A stretch of 64,000 nucleotides of DNA from an uncultured Acidobacteriota bacterium (GTDB taxonomy: Bacteria > Acidobacteriota > Thermoanaerobaculia > Multivoradales > UBA5704), in NCBI GenBank assembly GCA_963792575.1, contig CAWBWZ010000001.1, positions 125,555 through 189,554 on the forward strand, in the 5' to 3' direction. The notes beneath the pieces were generated by a model, which saw nothing but the letters and a program-made list of their open reading frames with translations, was not told where the DNA came from and made no database searches. Both the position numbers and the translations under genes were made by a program. This document shows, one piece after another, positions 1-9,284 of the stretch (its first letter is position 1; each line of letters opens with the position of its first letter).

Positions 1-234
1 GGCCTCGCCATCGTGCGGCAGGCGCTCGCCGGCCACCCCGGGATCACTCGCCTGCCCAGCGAGCTCGAGCCCAACGGCTCCGCGCTGGCCCTGGTCGTCG
101 CCGCCACCGCCCAGGCGCACCGCCTCGGCGAGACGGAACGCGCCCGGGAGCTGCTCGACTGGCTGCGCTCGCTGGAGCCGCGCAGCCTGGAGGGGGAAGA
201 GGCCGGAGGAGAGGACGAAGAGCAAGAGGACTGA
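1..234 (+). CDS. 3-prime fragment of a hypothetical protein (start lies upstream of the window)
   Basis: The frame of track ORF 13..234 stays open back to base 1. It ends in an acidic EEAGGEDEEQED tail. No motif I recognise. Confidence 0.35.
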   Translation, partial: GLAIVRQALAGHPGITRLPSELEPNGSALALVVAATAQAHRLGETERARELLDWLRSLEPRSLEGEEAGGEDEEQED

Positions 235-253
235 GGCCGCTCGACGACGAGTC

Positions 254-414
254 CGCCCGCAGGGCGGGATTTATCCAGCCTGGGGTGTCAACCCCAGGCA
301 GGGCGATCCCCGTTCCCATAAGTCCCGAAGGGCCGACAGACCCGGTCCCGATGGGGTCTCCGCCCTTCCTGGGGTTGACACCCCCAGGCTGGATAAATCC
401 CGCCCCTGCGGGCG
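254..414. repeat. MITE-like or structured element: two ~46-nt near-identical inverted arms around a ~69-nt spacer
   Basis: Left arm 254..298 is CGCCCGCAGGGCGGGATTTATCCAGCCTGGGGTGTCAACCCCAGG. The reverse complement of right arm 368..414 is the same apart from one-G length differences in two G-runs. Each arm also holds its own small hairpins (CCGCCC/GGGCGG, CCTGGGG/CCCCAGG). Confidence 0.6.
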
Positions 415-497
415 AGCGTTGCCGGTTTCCGCACCTTGATCTCTTCTTTGAATCTCGATAGGTCGCGCATGGAGATGATTAAGGCTACAATCTCTCC

Positions 498-3400
498 ATG
501 CCGACCTCCCTGGCCGCGATTCGTCGTCTCCATCCGCAATCTCCGGAGTTTCCGCACGGCTATCTGGACCGGATTGCCGAGACGGAACGGCGGGGGGAGG
601 CGCGGGAGGAGAGCTTCTACCCGCATCTGCTCGAGCTCTTCGATGACTACGCGGAGCGGCGGGGGGCGAGCGATCTCCGGGTGATGATGCTGCCCCGGAA
701 GACCCGGGACTGCCTGCTCGACTTCCAGGTTCGACGGGGAGAGCGGATCGCCGGCTACGTCGAGGCGAAGCGGCCGGGGACGGATCTGGACCGGTCGGCG
801 GACACCGGGCAGGTCGAGCGGTATCGCCTGGCCTTTCCCAATCTCCTCCTCACCAACTTCCGCGAACTTCGGCTCTACCGGGGGACGCAGATGGCGGCCC
901 GGGTCGACATCGGCCGGCTGGGCTCGGGGCCGGAGCCGCTCCTCTCCCTTCTGGATCTGTTCTGCGATTTCGTTCCGCCGGCGAGCGCCTCGGGCTCGGA
1001 GCTGGCGCCGCGATTGGCGTTTCGCACCCGCCTCCTGGCCGAGAGGATCGGCGAGCTGCTGAAAGACGAGGGGGCCTCAGATCTCTCCGGCTTCTACCGG
1101 GCCTTCTCGGAGCACCTCCTCGCCGGGCTCACCCGCGAGGAGTTCGCCGATCTCTACGCCCAGACTCTCTCCTACGGACTCCTCGCCGCCCGCTGGCAAG
1201 CGCCCGGGGATTTCGACCGCCGGATCGCGGCGGAGAGCATCCCGTCCACCAGCGGCTTGCTGCGCGACGCCTTCCGCTACATCTCGCTCGCCGATCCACA
1301 CCCGGACATCGCCTGGATCGTGGACGAGATCGTCGATCTGCTCGCCGGCTCCTCCGTGCGGGCGATGCTGGAGCGCTCGCTCCAGCGCGGGCGAGATCCG
1401 GTCCTCGACTTCTACGAGACCTTCCTCCGCCACTACGACCGGGAGCTGCGCAGAAAGCGCGGCGTTTACTACACGCCGCCGGAGCTGGTCTCCTACGTCG
1501 TCCGTTCCGTCCACCGGCTGCTCCAGACGCGGCTGGGCCGGCGGGACGGCCTCGCGGACCCGACCGTGACCCTCCTCGATCCGGCGGCGGGCACGCTGAC
1601 CTTCGTCATCGAGGCGATCCGCTGCGCCGTCGAGGAGGTACGGACCACGGCGGGCGGCGGCGGCGTGCCGGCGCTGGTGAGCGATCATCTGCTGCGGGAT
1701 TTCCACGCCTTCGAGCTGATGATGGCTCCCTACGCCATCGGCCATCTCAAGATGAGCCTGATCCTGGAGGAGCTGGGCCGGCCGCTCGGCGCGGGGGAGC
1801 GGGTGCCGTTCTACCTGACCAATACCCTGGAGATGGAGGATCTGGCGCAATCGACGATCCCCGGGACGGCGGCGCTGTCGCGGGAGTCCCGTCTGGCGTG
1901 CGGGATCAAGAACGACGCGCGGATCACCGTCATCCTGGGAAATCCTCCCTGGTCGGGCCATTCGGCGAACCGGGGGCATCGGGTTGAAGGGTACGACCGG
2001 ATCGACGGCCAGCCGCTGGGCGACAAGAACCCGAAGTGGCTGCAGGACGACTACGTGAAGTTCCTCCGCTTCGCCCAGCGGAAGATCGACGAGGCCGGCG
2101 AGGGGATCGTGGCGTTCGTGACCAGCCACGGCTACCTCGACAACCCCACTTTCCGGGGCCTGCGCCAGTCGCTCCTCGCGACGTTCGACGAGATCCACCT
2201 CCTCGATCTACACGGCAACGGCAAGAAGAAGGAGCGGGCGCCGGACGGCTCGGCCGACGCCAATGTCTTCTCCGACGTGCGGCAGGGGGCCGCCGTGGCG
2301 ATCCTGGTCAAGCGGCCCGGCCTGCCGAAGCGGACGCGGAAAGCCGACCTCTGGGGGAGCCGGTCCGCCAAGCTCCGCTGGCTGGGGGAGCACGACGTCG
2401 AGACCACCGGCTGGACGGTGATCGAGCCGCGCGGGCCGGCCTTCCTGTTCGCGCCGCGCGACGCCGCGCTGGAGGCGGAGTACGGCCTGGGCGTGCCGCT
2501 CGCCGGCATCTTCCCCGAGCATTCGGTGGGCATCGTCACCGGCCGCGACGCCTTCGCCATCGACACCGATCCGGCGGAGCTCAGCCGGCGGGTCGGGCGG
2601 CTCCGGAGCGAGATCGTGCACGACGACTTTGTCCGCAAGGAGTGGGGCTTGATCGACCGCGGGCGGTGCGGGCTGGAGGAGGCGCGCCGGAGGGTCCGGA
2701 CCGATCCGGACTGGCAGGCGAAATTTCGCCGCATCCTCTTCCGCCCCTTCGACTGGCGAAAGATCTTCTACGCCGACTACGTCGTCGAACGCCCCCGGCT
2801 CGAGACGATGAAGCACCTGCTGATCCCGGGGAACCTGGGGCTGGTGGTGCCCCGGCAGGGCAAGGAGGAGCCGGGCGCGCTGGTGACCGACACGATCATC
2901 GCGCACAAGACGGTGAGCGCGTTCGACATCAACTCCGCCTTCCCGCTCTACCTCCACCCGGAGCCGCGGCTGGACGGCGCCGGCCGTCTCGCCAACGTCG
3001 ATCCGGCCTTCCTCCGCCTCCTCGCCGGCCGTCTGGGCGAGGAGCCCTCGCCGGAGCTGATCCTGCAGTATGTCTACGCCATCCTCTACAGCCCTCCCTA
3101 CCGGCGGCGGTACGCCGATCTCCTGCGGGCGGATTTCCCGCGCATTCCGCTGCCGCCGGACCGCGGGGCCTTCCTGGAGCTGGCGGGGCTCGGCGCGGTC
3201 CTGATCGATCTCCACCTTCTGCGCTCGGATCACCTGGAGCGGCCCGGCGTCCGCTTCGAGGGGCAGGGGCCTGGGCATCTGGATGGGCGCCGCGAGCACC
3301 AGGACGACCGGGTGATCGTCAACGCCGAGGGGCAGGCGTTCGCGGGGATCTCCCACGAGGTCTGGGAGTACCGGATCGGCGGCTACCAGGTGTTGGACCG

Positions 3401-3563
3401 CTGGCTCGCCGGCCGCGCCGGGCGGGGGCTGCGCTGGGAGGAGATCGAGGAGCTCCGGAAGATCGCCACGGCGCTGCGATGGACGATCGAGATTCAGCGC
3501 CGCTGCGGCCTCCTCTGCGGCTTGGCGTTCCAGGGGTCCTCGGGCCAGGCGTGCCTGGGATAG
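498..3563 (+). CDS. Single-polypeptide type IIG/IIL-like restriction-modification enzyme (PD-(D/E)XK nuclease + gamma-class N6-adenine DNA methyltransferase + specificity region)
   Basis: 1021-aa ORF. The N-terminus has D75-x13-E89-A-K91 followed by RPGTDLD, resembling the MmeI-family nuclease motif. It also has YYTPPELVSYVV, the catalytic NPPW (VILGNPPWSGH), and a C-terminal region with YRRRYADLLRADFPRIPLP as seen in type ISP/IIG specificity domains. The last ~70 nt overlap the convergent hrpB end. Confidence 0.8.
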   Translation: MPTSLAAIRRLHPQSPEFPHGYLDRIAETERRGEAREESFYPHLLELFDDYAERRGASDLRVMMLPRKTRDCLLDFQVRRGERIAGYVEAKRPGTDLDRSADTGQVERYRLAFPNLLLTNFRELRLYRGTQMAARVDIGRLGSGPEPLLSLLDLFCDFVPPASASGSELAPRLAFRTRLLAERIGELLKDEGASDLSGFYRAFSEHLLAGLTREEFADLYAQTLSYGLLAARWQAPGDFDRRIAAESIPSTSGLLRDAFRYISLADPHPDIAWIVDEIVDLLAGSSVRAMLERSLQRGRDPVLDFYETFLRHYDRELRRKRGVYYTPPELVSYVVRSVHRLLQTRLGRRDGLADPTVTLLDPAAGTLTFVIEAIRCAVEEVRTTAGGGGVPALVSDHLLRDFHAFELMMAPYAIGHLKMSLILEELGRPLGAGERVPFYLTNTLEMEDLAQSTIPGTAALSRESRLACGIKNDARITVILGNPPWSGHSANRGHRVEGYDRIDGQPLGDKNPKWLQDDYVKFLRFAQRKIDEAGEGIVAFVTSHGYLDNPTFRGLRQSLLATFDEIHLLDLHGNGKKKERAPDGSADANVFSDVRQGAAVAILVKRPGLPKRTRKADLWGSRSAKLRWLGEHDVETTGWTVIEPRGPAFLFAPRDAALEAEYGLGVPLAGIFPEHSVGIVTGRDAFAIDTDPAELSRRVGRLRSEIVHDDFVRKEWGLIDRGRCGLEEARRRVRTDPDWQAKFRRILFRPFDWRKIFYADYVVERPRLETMKHLLIPGNLGLVVPRQGKEEPGALVTDTIIAHKTVSAFDINSAFPLYLHPEPRLDGAGRLANVDPAFLRLLAGRLGEEPSPELILQYVYAILYSPPYRRRYADLLRADFPRIPLPPDRGAFLELAGLGAVLIDLHLLRSDHLERPGVRFEGQGPGHLDGRREHQDDRVIVNAEGQAFAGISHEVWEYRIGGYQVLDRWLAGRAGRGLRWEEIEELRKIATALRWTIEIQRRCGLLCGLAFQGSSGQACLG

Positions 3564-6013
3564 CGGCCGGCCAGCTCCTTGCGGACCTGCCGGTAGGTGT
3601 TCTCCCAGAAGCTCCGCAGGTCGTGGGTCACCTGCTGGGGACGGCCGTTCGGGGCGAGGAGATGGAGGAGAACGGGGACCCGACCGGCGGCCACGCGCGG
3701 GGTCTCGGCGAGGCCGAACATCTCCTGGATGCGCGCCGCGAGCACCGGCGGCTTGCCCGGCTCGTAGGCGATCCGGATCTGGCTGCCGCTCGGCACCTCC
3801 AGCCGCTCGGGAGCCTCCCGGCGCACGGCTTCGAGCTGCTGATAGGAGAGGGCTCCCTGCAGGACGTCGAGAAGCGGGGCGCGCCGCAGCTCGGCGAAGG
3901 ATTTGCGGCCGGCGGCGAGGGCGGGGAGCAGCTCGCGGAGCTCATCCTCGGTGAACCGCGGGAGAGCCAGCTCGGGCATCCAGTCCGCGAGGCTGCGGAC
4001 GCGGGCGAGGAAGGCCGCCACCTCTGGGTCGTCCAGGGGCAGCGCGCGGTCGAGCCGTTCGGCGGCGGCCGCGGCGAGGACCCGCGCGGTCTCGGCCGCG
4101 TCCGGCGGCGGGACCTCGGCCTCGGCGATCACCAGATCGTCATAGCGGGTCCGCTTCCAGGCGGCGACCCGGTCGCGGGACTCGTCGAATTCCAGGTCGA
4201 TCGTGGTCCGCAGGCGCTCCGCGGGGAGCCACGCGAGCTCGACCTCCGAGGCCTTCCGCACCAGCGCATCGGAGAGTGTGCCGCCATCCAGCTCGACGCA
4301 GAGGAAGAGCGGCGCTTCGAGCACGGCGCTCTCGTCGGCGAGGCGCACCCCGCGGCCCCCCACCATGACGCCCCGCGGACTGCGCGGCTCGCGGCGGCGG
4401 GCGACGCGGTCCGGATAGGCGGCGAGAAGGGCGCGGAGGAGGGGCTCCTCTTCCCGTAGATCCCCGCCGTCCGGCCCCATCCCCAGCTCCCGTTTCGCCA
4501 GCTCCAGCAGTTGATCCCGGGCCCGCAAGACATAGCGGGCCGCGCCGGCGTTCAGGTCCCCTGCGAAGGCGTTCCGGCGCTCGAAGGCTTCGAGGGCGTC
4601 GAGGCGGTCGAGGAGGTCGGAGCGCGAGGCGCGGCGGGGTCCGGCGCCCCGGGAGGCGCGTGGGAACGGGTCCCGCTCGGAGAGCAGGGCGGCCAGCAGG
4701 GCGGCCTCGCGGGCACGGCCGAGGCGCTGCCCCTCGACCAGGAGGCGGCCGAGGCGCGGGTGGACCGGCAGGCGGGCCATCGTCCGGCCCAGCGCGGTAA
4801 CACCACGATCGTCGATCGCGCCGAGCTGCCGGAGCAGGAGCGTGGCCGTTGCCAGCGTCGCCGGATCGGGGGGCTCGAACCAGTCGAAGGCGGCGAGGTC
4901 GGGCTCCCCCCAGGCGAGGAGCTGGAGAGCCGGGCCGGCGAGGTCGACGCGGGCGATCTCCGGCGTCTCGCGCTCCGGGAGGGTCGCCTGCTCCCAGGCG
5001 GGCCAGAGGCGGAGACAGATCCCGGGGGCCTGGCGCCCGGCGCGGCCGGCGCGCTGATCGGCCGAGGCGCGGCTGATCTTCCCCAGCTCCAGGCGGTCGA
5101 GCCCGGTCGCCGGATCGAAGCGCAGCCGGCGGACGGCCCCGGAATCCACCACCGCGGTGACGCCGTCGACGGTGATCGAGGTCTCGGCGACGTTGGTCGC
5201 CAGCACGACCTTGCGCCGGCTCGAAGGGCGCAGCACCGCGTCCTGCCGCTCGGCCGGCAGATCGCCGTAGAGCGGCAGGACGGCGAGGTCCTGCTCGGCG
5301 GCCAGGCCGGCGAGAGCTTCGGCGCTCCGTTGGATCTCCCCAACGCCGGGGAGAAAGACCAGCACGTCCCCGGGAGTCGCCGCCAGCACCCGCCGCACCC
5401 CGGCGGCGATCTGGCCGGGCAGGGGGCGATCGTCCGGGCGGTCCAGATACAGGATGTCCACCGGATAAAGCCGTCCCCGGCTCTCGATCGCCGGCGCGCC
5501 GCCGAGGAAGGCCGCCACCGGGCCGGGGTCGAGGGTGGCGGACATGGCGACGAGCTTCAGGTCGGGGCGCACCTCGCGCTGGACGCGGCGCGCCATGGCG
5601 AGCGAGAGGTCGGTCTGCAGGCCGCGCTCGTGGAGCTCGTCGAAGATCACGACGCCCACGCCTTCCAGGAAGGGATCGGCCTGCAGGCGCTGGACGAGAA
5701 TCCCCTCGGTCACCACCAGGATCCGGGTCTCGGGACCCGCCTTGCGCTCGAAGCGCACCTGGTAGCCCACCTCGTGGCCGAGCGTCCAGCCGCCTTCCTC
5801 GGCCATCCGGCGGGCGGCGGCGCGGGCGGCGATCCGCCGCGGCTCGAGCATGACGATCTGCTGGTCGCCGCCGATCCCCGCGGCGAGCAGGGCGGGGGGA
5901 ACGCGGGTCGTCTTTCCCGCGCCGGTGGGCGCGATGAGCACGGCCGCGGACCCCTGGCGCAGGGCCGCGATCAGCTCGGGCAGGACCTCGTCGATGGGGA
6001 GCGGCGTGGGCAT
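3494..6013 (-). CDS. hrpB: ATP-dependent RNA helicase HrpB (DEAH-box)
   Basis: 839 aa. Walker A APTGAGKTT, DEAH-type FDELHERG, SAT (MSATL), and a long HrpB-type C-terminal domain. Confidence 0.9.
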   Translation of the reverse strand: MPTPLPIDEVLPELIAALRQGSAAVLIAPTGAGKTTRVPPALLAAGIGGDQQIVMLEPRRIAARAAARRMAEEGGWTLGHEVGYQVRFERKAGPETRILVVTEGILVQRLQADPFLEGVGVVIFDELHERGLQTDLSLAMARRVQREVRPDLKLVAMSATLDPGPVAAFLGGAPAIESRGRLYPVDILYLDRPDDRPLPGQIAAGVRRVLAATPGDVLVFLPGVGEIQRSAEALAGLAAEQDLAVLPLYGDLPAERQDAVLRPSSRRKVVLATNVAETSITVDGVTAVVDSGAVRRLRFDPATGLDRLELGKISRASADQRAGRAGRQAPGICLRLWPAWEQATLPERETPEIARVDLAGPALQLLAWGEPDLAAFDWFEPPDPATLATATLLLRQLGAIDDRGVTALGRTMARLPVHPRLGRLLVEGQRLGRAREAALLAALLSERDPFPRASRGAGPRRASRSDLLDRLDALEAFERRNAFAGDLNAGAARYVLRARDQLLELAKRELGMGPDGGDLREEEPLLRALLAAYPDRVARRREPRSPRGVMVGGRGVRLADESAVLEAPLFLCVELDGGTLSDALVRKASEVELAWLPAERLRTTIDLEFDESRDRVAAWKRTRYDDLVIAEAEVPPPDAAETARVLAAAAAERLDRALPLDDPEVAAFLARVRSLADWMPELALPRFTEDELRELLPALAAGRKSFAELRRAPLLDVLQGALSYQQLEAVRREAPERLEVPSGSQIRIAYEPGKPPVLAARIQEMFGLAETPRVAAGRVPVLLHLLAPNGRPQQVTHDLRSFWENTYRQVRKELAGRYPRHAWPEDPWNAKPQRRPQRR

Positions 6014-6050
6014 GGCGGGGAGGGTACACCACCCTCTGCCCGCTGTCGGA

Positions 6051-6530
6051 TCAGGGCTCGGGGTCCGGCGCGTGGACCTCGTCGGCGTAGGGGAGGACGC
6101 GGAAGCCTTCGAGCGCGGCGGCGAGGCGGAGCGGCGAATGGAGGGAGACGAGGGTGGCGCCGTGGGTGCGCTCGCGGCACCAGATCAGAGCGGCGGCCAG
6201 CTCGAGCGCGGCGGCGGCCCCCAGAGGATGGACGGAGAGGATGCGCAGGGCGCGGGCGCGCAGCTCCTCGGTGGGCTGAATCTCGAAGGCGCGGGCGCGC
6301 AGGTGATCGATCACGGCCCGGGCCTTCAGGAGGTCGGCGGGGGAAATCCGTTCCCGCCGCCGGGCGGCCAGAAGGGCTTCGCTGCAATCCAGGGGCGCTC
6401 CCCACCAGAAGGCAACGTCCGGATCCCGCTGCAAGAGCGGCTCGATCTTACCGGAGTCGGGTTCCCTCACCGCCAGGGCGAGGAGGGCCGAGCTGTCCCA
6501 GAACCTCAGACCGCCTCCCGCAGCTCCCAC
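6051..6530 (-). CDS. PIN-domain ribonuclease toxin (VapC-like)
   Basis: N-terminal FWDSSALLAL (PIN acidic motif). About 150 aa. Overlaps the end of an upstream antitoxin-like gene. Putative GTG start. Confidence 0.7.
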   Translation of the reverse strand: MGAAGGGLRFWDSSALLALAVREPDSGKIEPLLQRDPDVAFWWGAPLDCSEALLAARRRERISPADLLKARAVIDHLRARAFEIQPTEELRARALRILSVHPLGAAAALELAAALIWCRERTHGATLVSLHSPLRLAAALEGFRVLPYADEVHAPDPEP

Positions 6531-6805
6531 GAATCGGGCTGGTCGTCAGAGTCATCCAGCGGATCTTTGCGGTACTCGCCGCGCGGCAGCTTCCAGAACG
6601 CTTCGTCCAGCGGCTTTTCCGGCGCCCGCACCTGCCCCATCCGCACCAGCTCCTGAGTGGCCGCGGCCGGCGCCGCCGCCGACAGCGGCAGGATGCGGGC
6701 GATCGGACGCCCATGCTCGGTGACCAGGACCTCTTCTCCCGCCTTGACCCGCGCGAGAGTTTCGGAAAGCAGCGCTTTCAGCTCGGCAATTCCCAGGGAT
6801 CGCAT
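6506..6805 (-). CDS. Phd/YefM-type antitoxin
   Basis: MRSLGIAELKALLSETLARVKAGEEVLVTEHGRPIARILPL is typical of prevent-host-death antitoxins. Start taken at the internal ATG (residue 13 of track ORF 6506..6841). Confidence 0.7.
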   Translation of the reverse strand: MRSLGIAELKALLSETLARVKAGEEVLVTEHGRPIARILPLSAAAPAAATQELVRMGQVRAPEKPLDEAFWKLPRGEYRKDPLDDSDDQPDSWELREAV

Positions 6806-6896
6806 GCCAGGAACTATAGACAGGCGAAAAAGACCTGTCAAGTCATAATCGTGGAGCCAGAAAGATCTCTGGCGACGCGATTCAGGAGCTCGCTCT

Positions 6897-7121
6897 TCAG
6901 GAACCAGGGGCGCTCGGCTTCGAGGCGATCGAGAGGAACAGCTCCTGGACGACTTCCCGGAGCTCGAGCGTGTAGGTGGCGAGGTCGCGCACCGTCACCT
7001 CCAGCTGCTCGGTGGTCGGCCGGACGAGGGCGCCGCCCGGCCGGGGGCGGATCTTGTGGCTCATCCGTTCGTCGAGGCTCTGCAGCTTCTGGTAGGCGTC
7101 CTTCAGGCGTTGCGGGTCCAT
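6897..7121 (-). CDS. small hypothetical protein
   Basis: ATG at 7121 is preceded by AAGGAGAG and sits 2 nt after the stop of the upstream cytochrome c gene. The sequence is helical and charged. No motif recognised. Confidence 0.35.
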   Translation of the reverse strand: MDPQRLKDAYQKLQSLDERMSHKIRPRPGGALVRPTTEQLEVTVRDLATYTLELREVVQELFLSIASKPSAPGS

Positions 7122-7122
7122 G

Positions 7123-7467
7123 TCAGGGTCTCTCCTTGGAGGTTGACTCAAGCTGGAAGGTGAAGTCGACGAGCCGCTCGAGCTCCTGGGGGGTGACGCG
7201 CCGGGCGAATCCGGGCATCGGGCCCTCCCCCTCCTGGATGCGCTGGCGCACGGCTGCGCGGTCGCCGCCGCGTATCATCGGTGAGGTGAGCAGGTTCAGG
7301 TGCGGGTAGAGCTTGAGATCCTCGGGGTCCCCCTTCCCTTTCCCCTGCTCGCCGTGGCAGCGGGCGCAGTAGGTCGAGTAGAGCTCGGGCGCGGTGAGGT
7401 CCTTGTGCGCGCACCCGGCCAGGAGGGCCAGGGCCGCGGCGAGGAAGGTAGCGGTCCGGGACTTCAA
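7123..7467 (-). CDS. monohaem c-type cytochrome, probable lipoprotein
   Basis: Only the C-terminal part of track ORF 7123..7914 looks real. It has the lipobox LALLAGC and haem site CARCHG. The TTG start at 7465..7467 overlaps the TGA of the upstream SDR gene (TTGA). Confidence 0.7.
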   Translation of the reverse strand: MKSRTATFLAAALALLAGCAHKDLTAPELYSTYCARCHGEQGKGKGDPEDLKLYPHLNLLTSPMIRGGDRAAVRQRIQEGEGPMPGFARRVTPQELERLVDFTFQLESTSKERP

Positions 7468-8219
7468 GCCTGGGGTGGTTCCCGCCGGTTCACCATCGTG
7501 GCGGTCGCCTGGTCGCGCGGGCGGACGACGATCTCGTCGATATTGACGTGGGACGGGCGGGTCGCCGCCCAGACGACGCAGTCGGCGATGTCCTCGGGAG
7601 TCAGCGGCTCGAGCCCGCGGTAGACCGCCTTCGCCCGCTCCTCGTCGCCGGCGAAGCGGACCCTGGAAAACTCGGTCTCGACGAGGCCGGGATCGACTTC
7701 GGTCACCCGCACCGGCTGCCCCAGCAACTCCAGCCGCAGCGTGCGGGTGAACGCCCGCACCGCGTGCTTGCTGCCGGTGTAGCCCGCCCCGCCGGCGTAG
7801 GTCTCGAAGCCGGCGATCGAGCCGAGGTTGATCACGTGGCCGTCCCCCGACGCCCTGAGGGCGGGGAGCAGGGCGCGGGTCAGGCGCAGCACGCCGAGGA
7901 CGTTGGTCTCCCACATGCCGATCCAGTCCTCGTCGCGGGCGTCCTCGATGCGGTCGAGCCCATAGGCCGCGCCGGCGTTGTTGACCAGCAGGTGGATTGC
8001 GGGGGGAAGCTGGGCGGCGAAGGCCGCGACACTGCTGGCGTCGGTCACGTCGAGCTCCAGGGCGGTGGCGCCGAGCGGCTCGGCCACCTCGCGCAGGCGG
8101 TCGAGCCGGCGGGCGCCGAGGATGACGCCGAAGCCTGCTCCGGCGAGCGCCCGGGCGGTGGCGGCGCCGATGCCGGCGCTGGCGCCGGTAACGACGGCGG
8201 TCTTCTGCGCTTCACTCAT
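7464..8219 (-). CDS. SDR-family oxidoreductase
   Basis: VVTGASAGIG cofactor motif and YTGSKHAV (YxxxK) catalytic motif. 251 aa. Confidence 0.9.
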   Translation of the reverse strand: MSEAQKTAVVTGASAGIGAATARALAGAGFGVILGARRLDRLREVAEPLGATALELDVTDASSVAAFAAQLPPAIHLLVNNAGAAYGLDRIEDARDEDWIGMWETNVLGVLRLTRALLPALRASGDGHVINLGSIAGFETYAGGAGYTGSKHAVRAFTRTLRLELLGQPVRVTEVDPGLVETEFSRVRFAGDEERAKAVYRGLEPLTPEDIADCVVWAATRPSHVNIDEIVVRPRDQATATMVNRREPPQA

Positions 8220-8231
8220 CGTTCACTCTCC

Positions 8232-8897
8232 TCATACCTCGGCCGACGGGCAGAGGTCCGCCACCGGGCAGATGGCGCATTCGGGCTTGCGCGCCTTGCA
8301 GATCTTCCGCCCGTGATCCTGGAGCAGCAGGGCGAAACGCGTCCACTCCTCCCGCGGCAGGACCGGCATCAGGTCGCGCTCGATCTTCTCCGGGTCGGTC
8401 TCCTCGGTGAGAAAGAGCCGCCGGGAGAGGCGCTGGACGTGGGTGTCGACCGCCACCCCCTCGTTCACGCCGAAGGCGTTCCCCAGCACGACGTTGGCCG
8501 TCTTCCGCCCCACCCCGGGCAGCGCCACCAGCAGCTCCAGGCTCGCCGGCACCTCGCCGCCGTGCTCGGCGGCCAGCGCCGTCCCCAGGTTCTTCAGCGC
8601 CCGCGCCTTGTTGCGGAAGAAGCCGGTGGTGCGGACCATCTCCTCGAGCTCGAGAATGTCGGCCGCCGCGTAGTCGCGGGCCGTGGGATAGCGCCGGAAG
8701 AGCGCCGGGGTCACCTGGTTGACCCGTTCGTCCGTGCACTGGGCGGCGAGCACGGTCGCCATCACGAGCTGGAGGGGGGTCTGGAAGTCGAGCGCCAGCC
8801 GGACCTCGGGGTACGTCTGGCGCAGACGCGCCAGGATCTCCGCGGCGCGCTGCCGCCGCGCGCGGCCGGACTCCCGTCTTGCCTGGGCTGGGCGCAT
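8232..8897 (-). CDS. nth: endonuclease III
   Basis: HhH-GPD region (LVALPGVGRKTANVVL) and C-terminal 4Fe-4S ligands C-x6-C-x2-C-x5-C (CKARKPECAICPVADLC). Confidence 0.92.
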   Translation of the reverse strand: MRPAQARRESGRARRQRAAEILARLRQTYPEVRLALDFQTPLQLVMATVLAAQCTDERVNQVTPALFRRYPTARDYAAADILELEEMVRTTGFFRNKARALKNLGTALAAEHGGEVPASLELLVALPGVGRKTANVVLGNAFGVNEGVAVDTHVQRLSRRLFLTEETDPEKIERDLMPVLPREEWTRFALLLQDHGRKICKARKPECAICPVADLCPSAEV

Positions 8898-8904
8898 CCT
8901 TAAG

Positions 8905-9252
8905 CTACTCCGGAGTGAACGCCCGCAGGAGCCAGTTGACGAGCGCCATCACCAGGCCGCCCAGGATCGCCGCGCCGCATCCGCTCACCTGCAGCTGGTT
9001 CGGGAGCAGCCAGGCGGCGAGGTAGAGCACCAGCCCGTTGATCACCAGATAGAACAGGCCCAGGGTGAGCAGGATCAAGGGGAAGGAGAAGAAGGTGACG
9101 ATCGGCTTGACGATCAGGTTGATCAGGCCGATCACCAGGCCGACCAGCAATAATGACGGCAGGGTGCCGGTGTAGATGATGCCGGGCACCAGATAGGCCG
9201 CGACCAGGACGGCCACGCCATTCAACGCGATCTGCATCAGCGCTCGAAGCAT
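8905..9252 (-). CDS. small 4-TM membrane protein of the YvlD / phage-holin-IV-like family
   Basis: 115 aa, from the internal ATG preceded by GAGGAGGGG. The sequence is almost entirely hydrophobic and resembles B. subtilis YvlD-type proteins. Confidence 0.65.
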   Translation of the reverse strand: MLRALMQIALNGVAVLVAAYLVPGIIYTGTLPSLLLVGLVIGLINLIVKPIVTFFSFPLILLTLGLFYLVINGLVLYLAAWLLPNQLQVSGCGAAILGGLVMALVNWLLRAFTPE

Positions 9253-9284
9253 TGAGATCCCCTCCTCGGTTCCGGTCGCCGATC

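Noticed and set aside
2036-7309. Very long overlapping ORFs 2036..4459(+), 4140..6032(-) and 4511..7309(+)
   Set aside because: The translations are Arg/Pro/Gly/Ala-rich low-complexity strings. They lie out of frame or antisense to the RM gene and hrpB, which have clear motifs. This is typical of stop-codon-poor GC-rich DNA.
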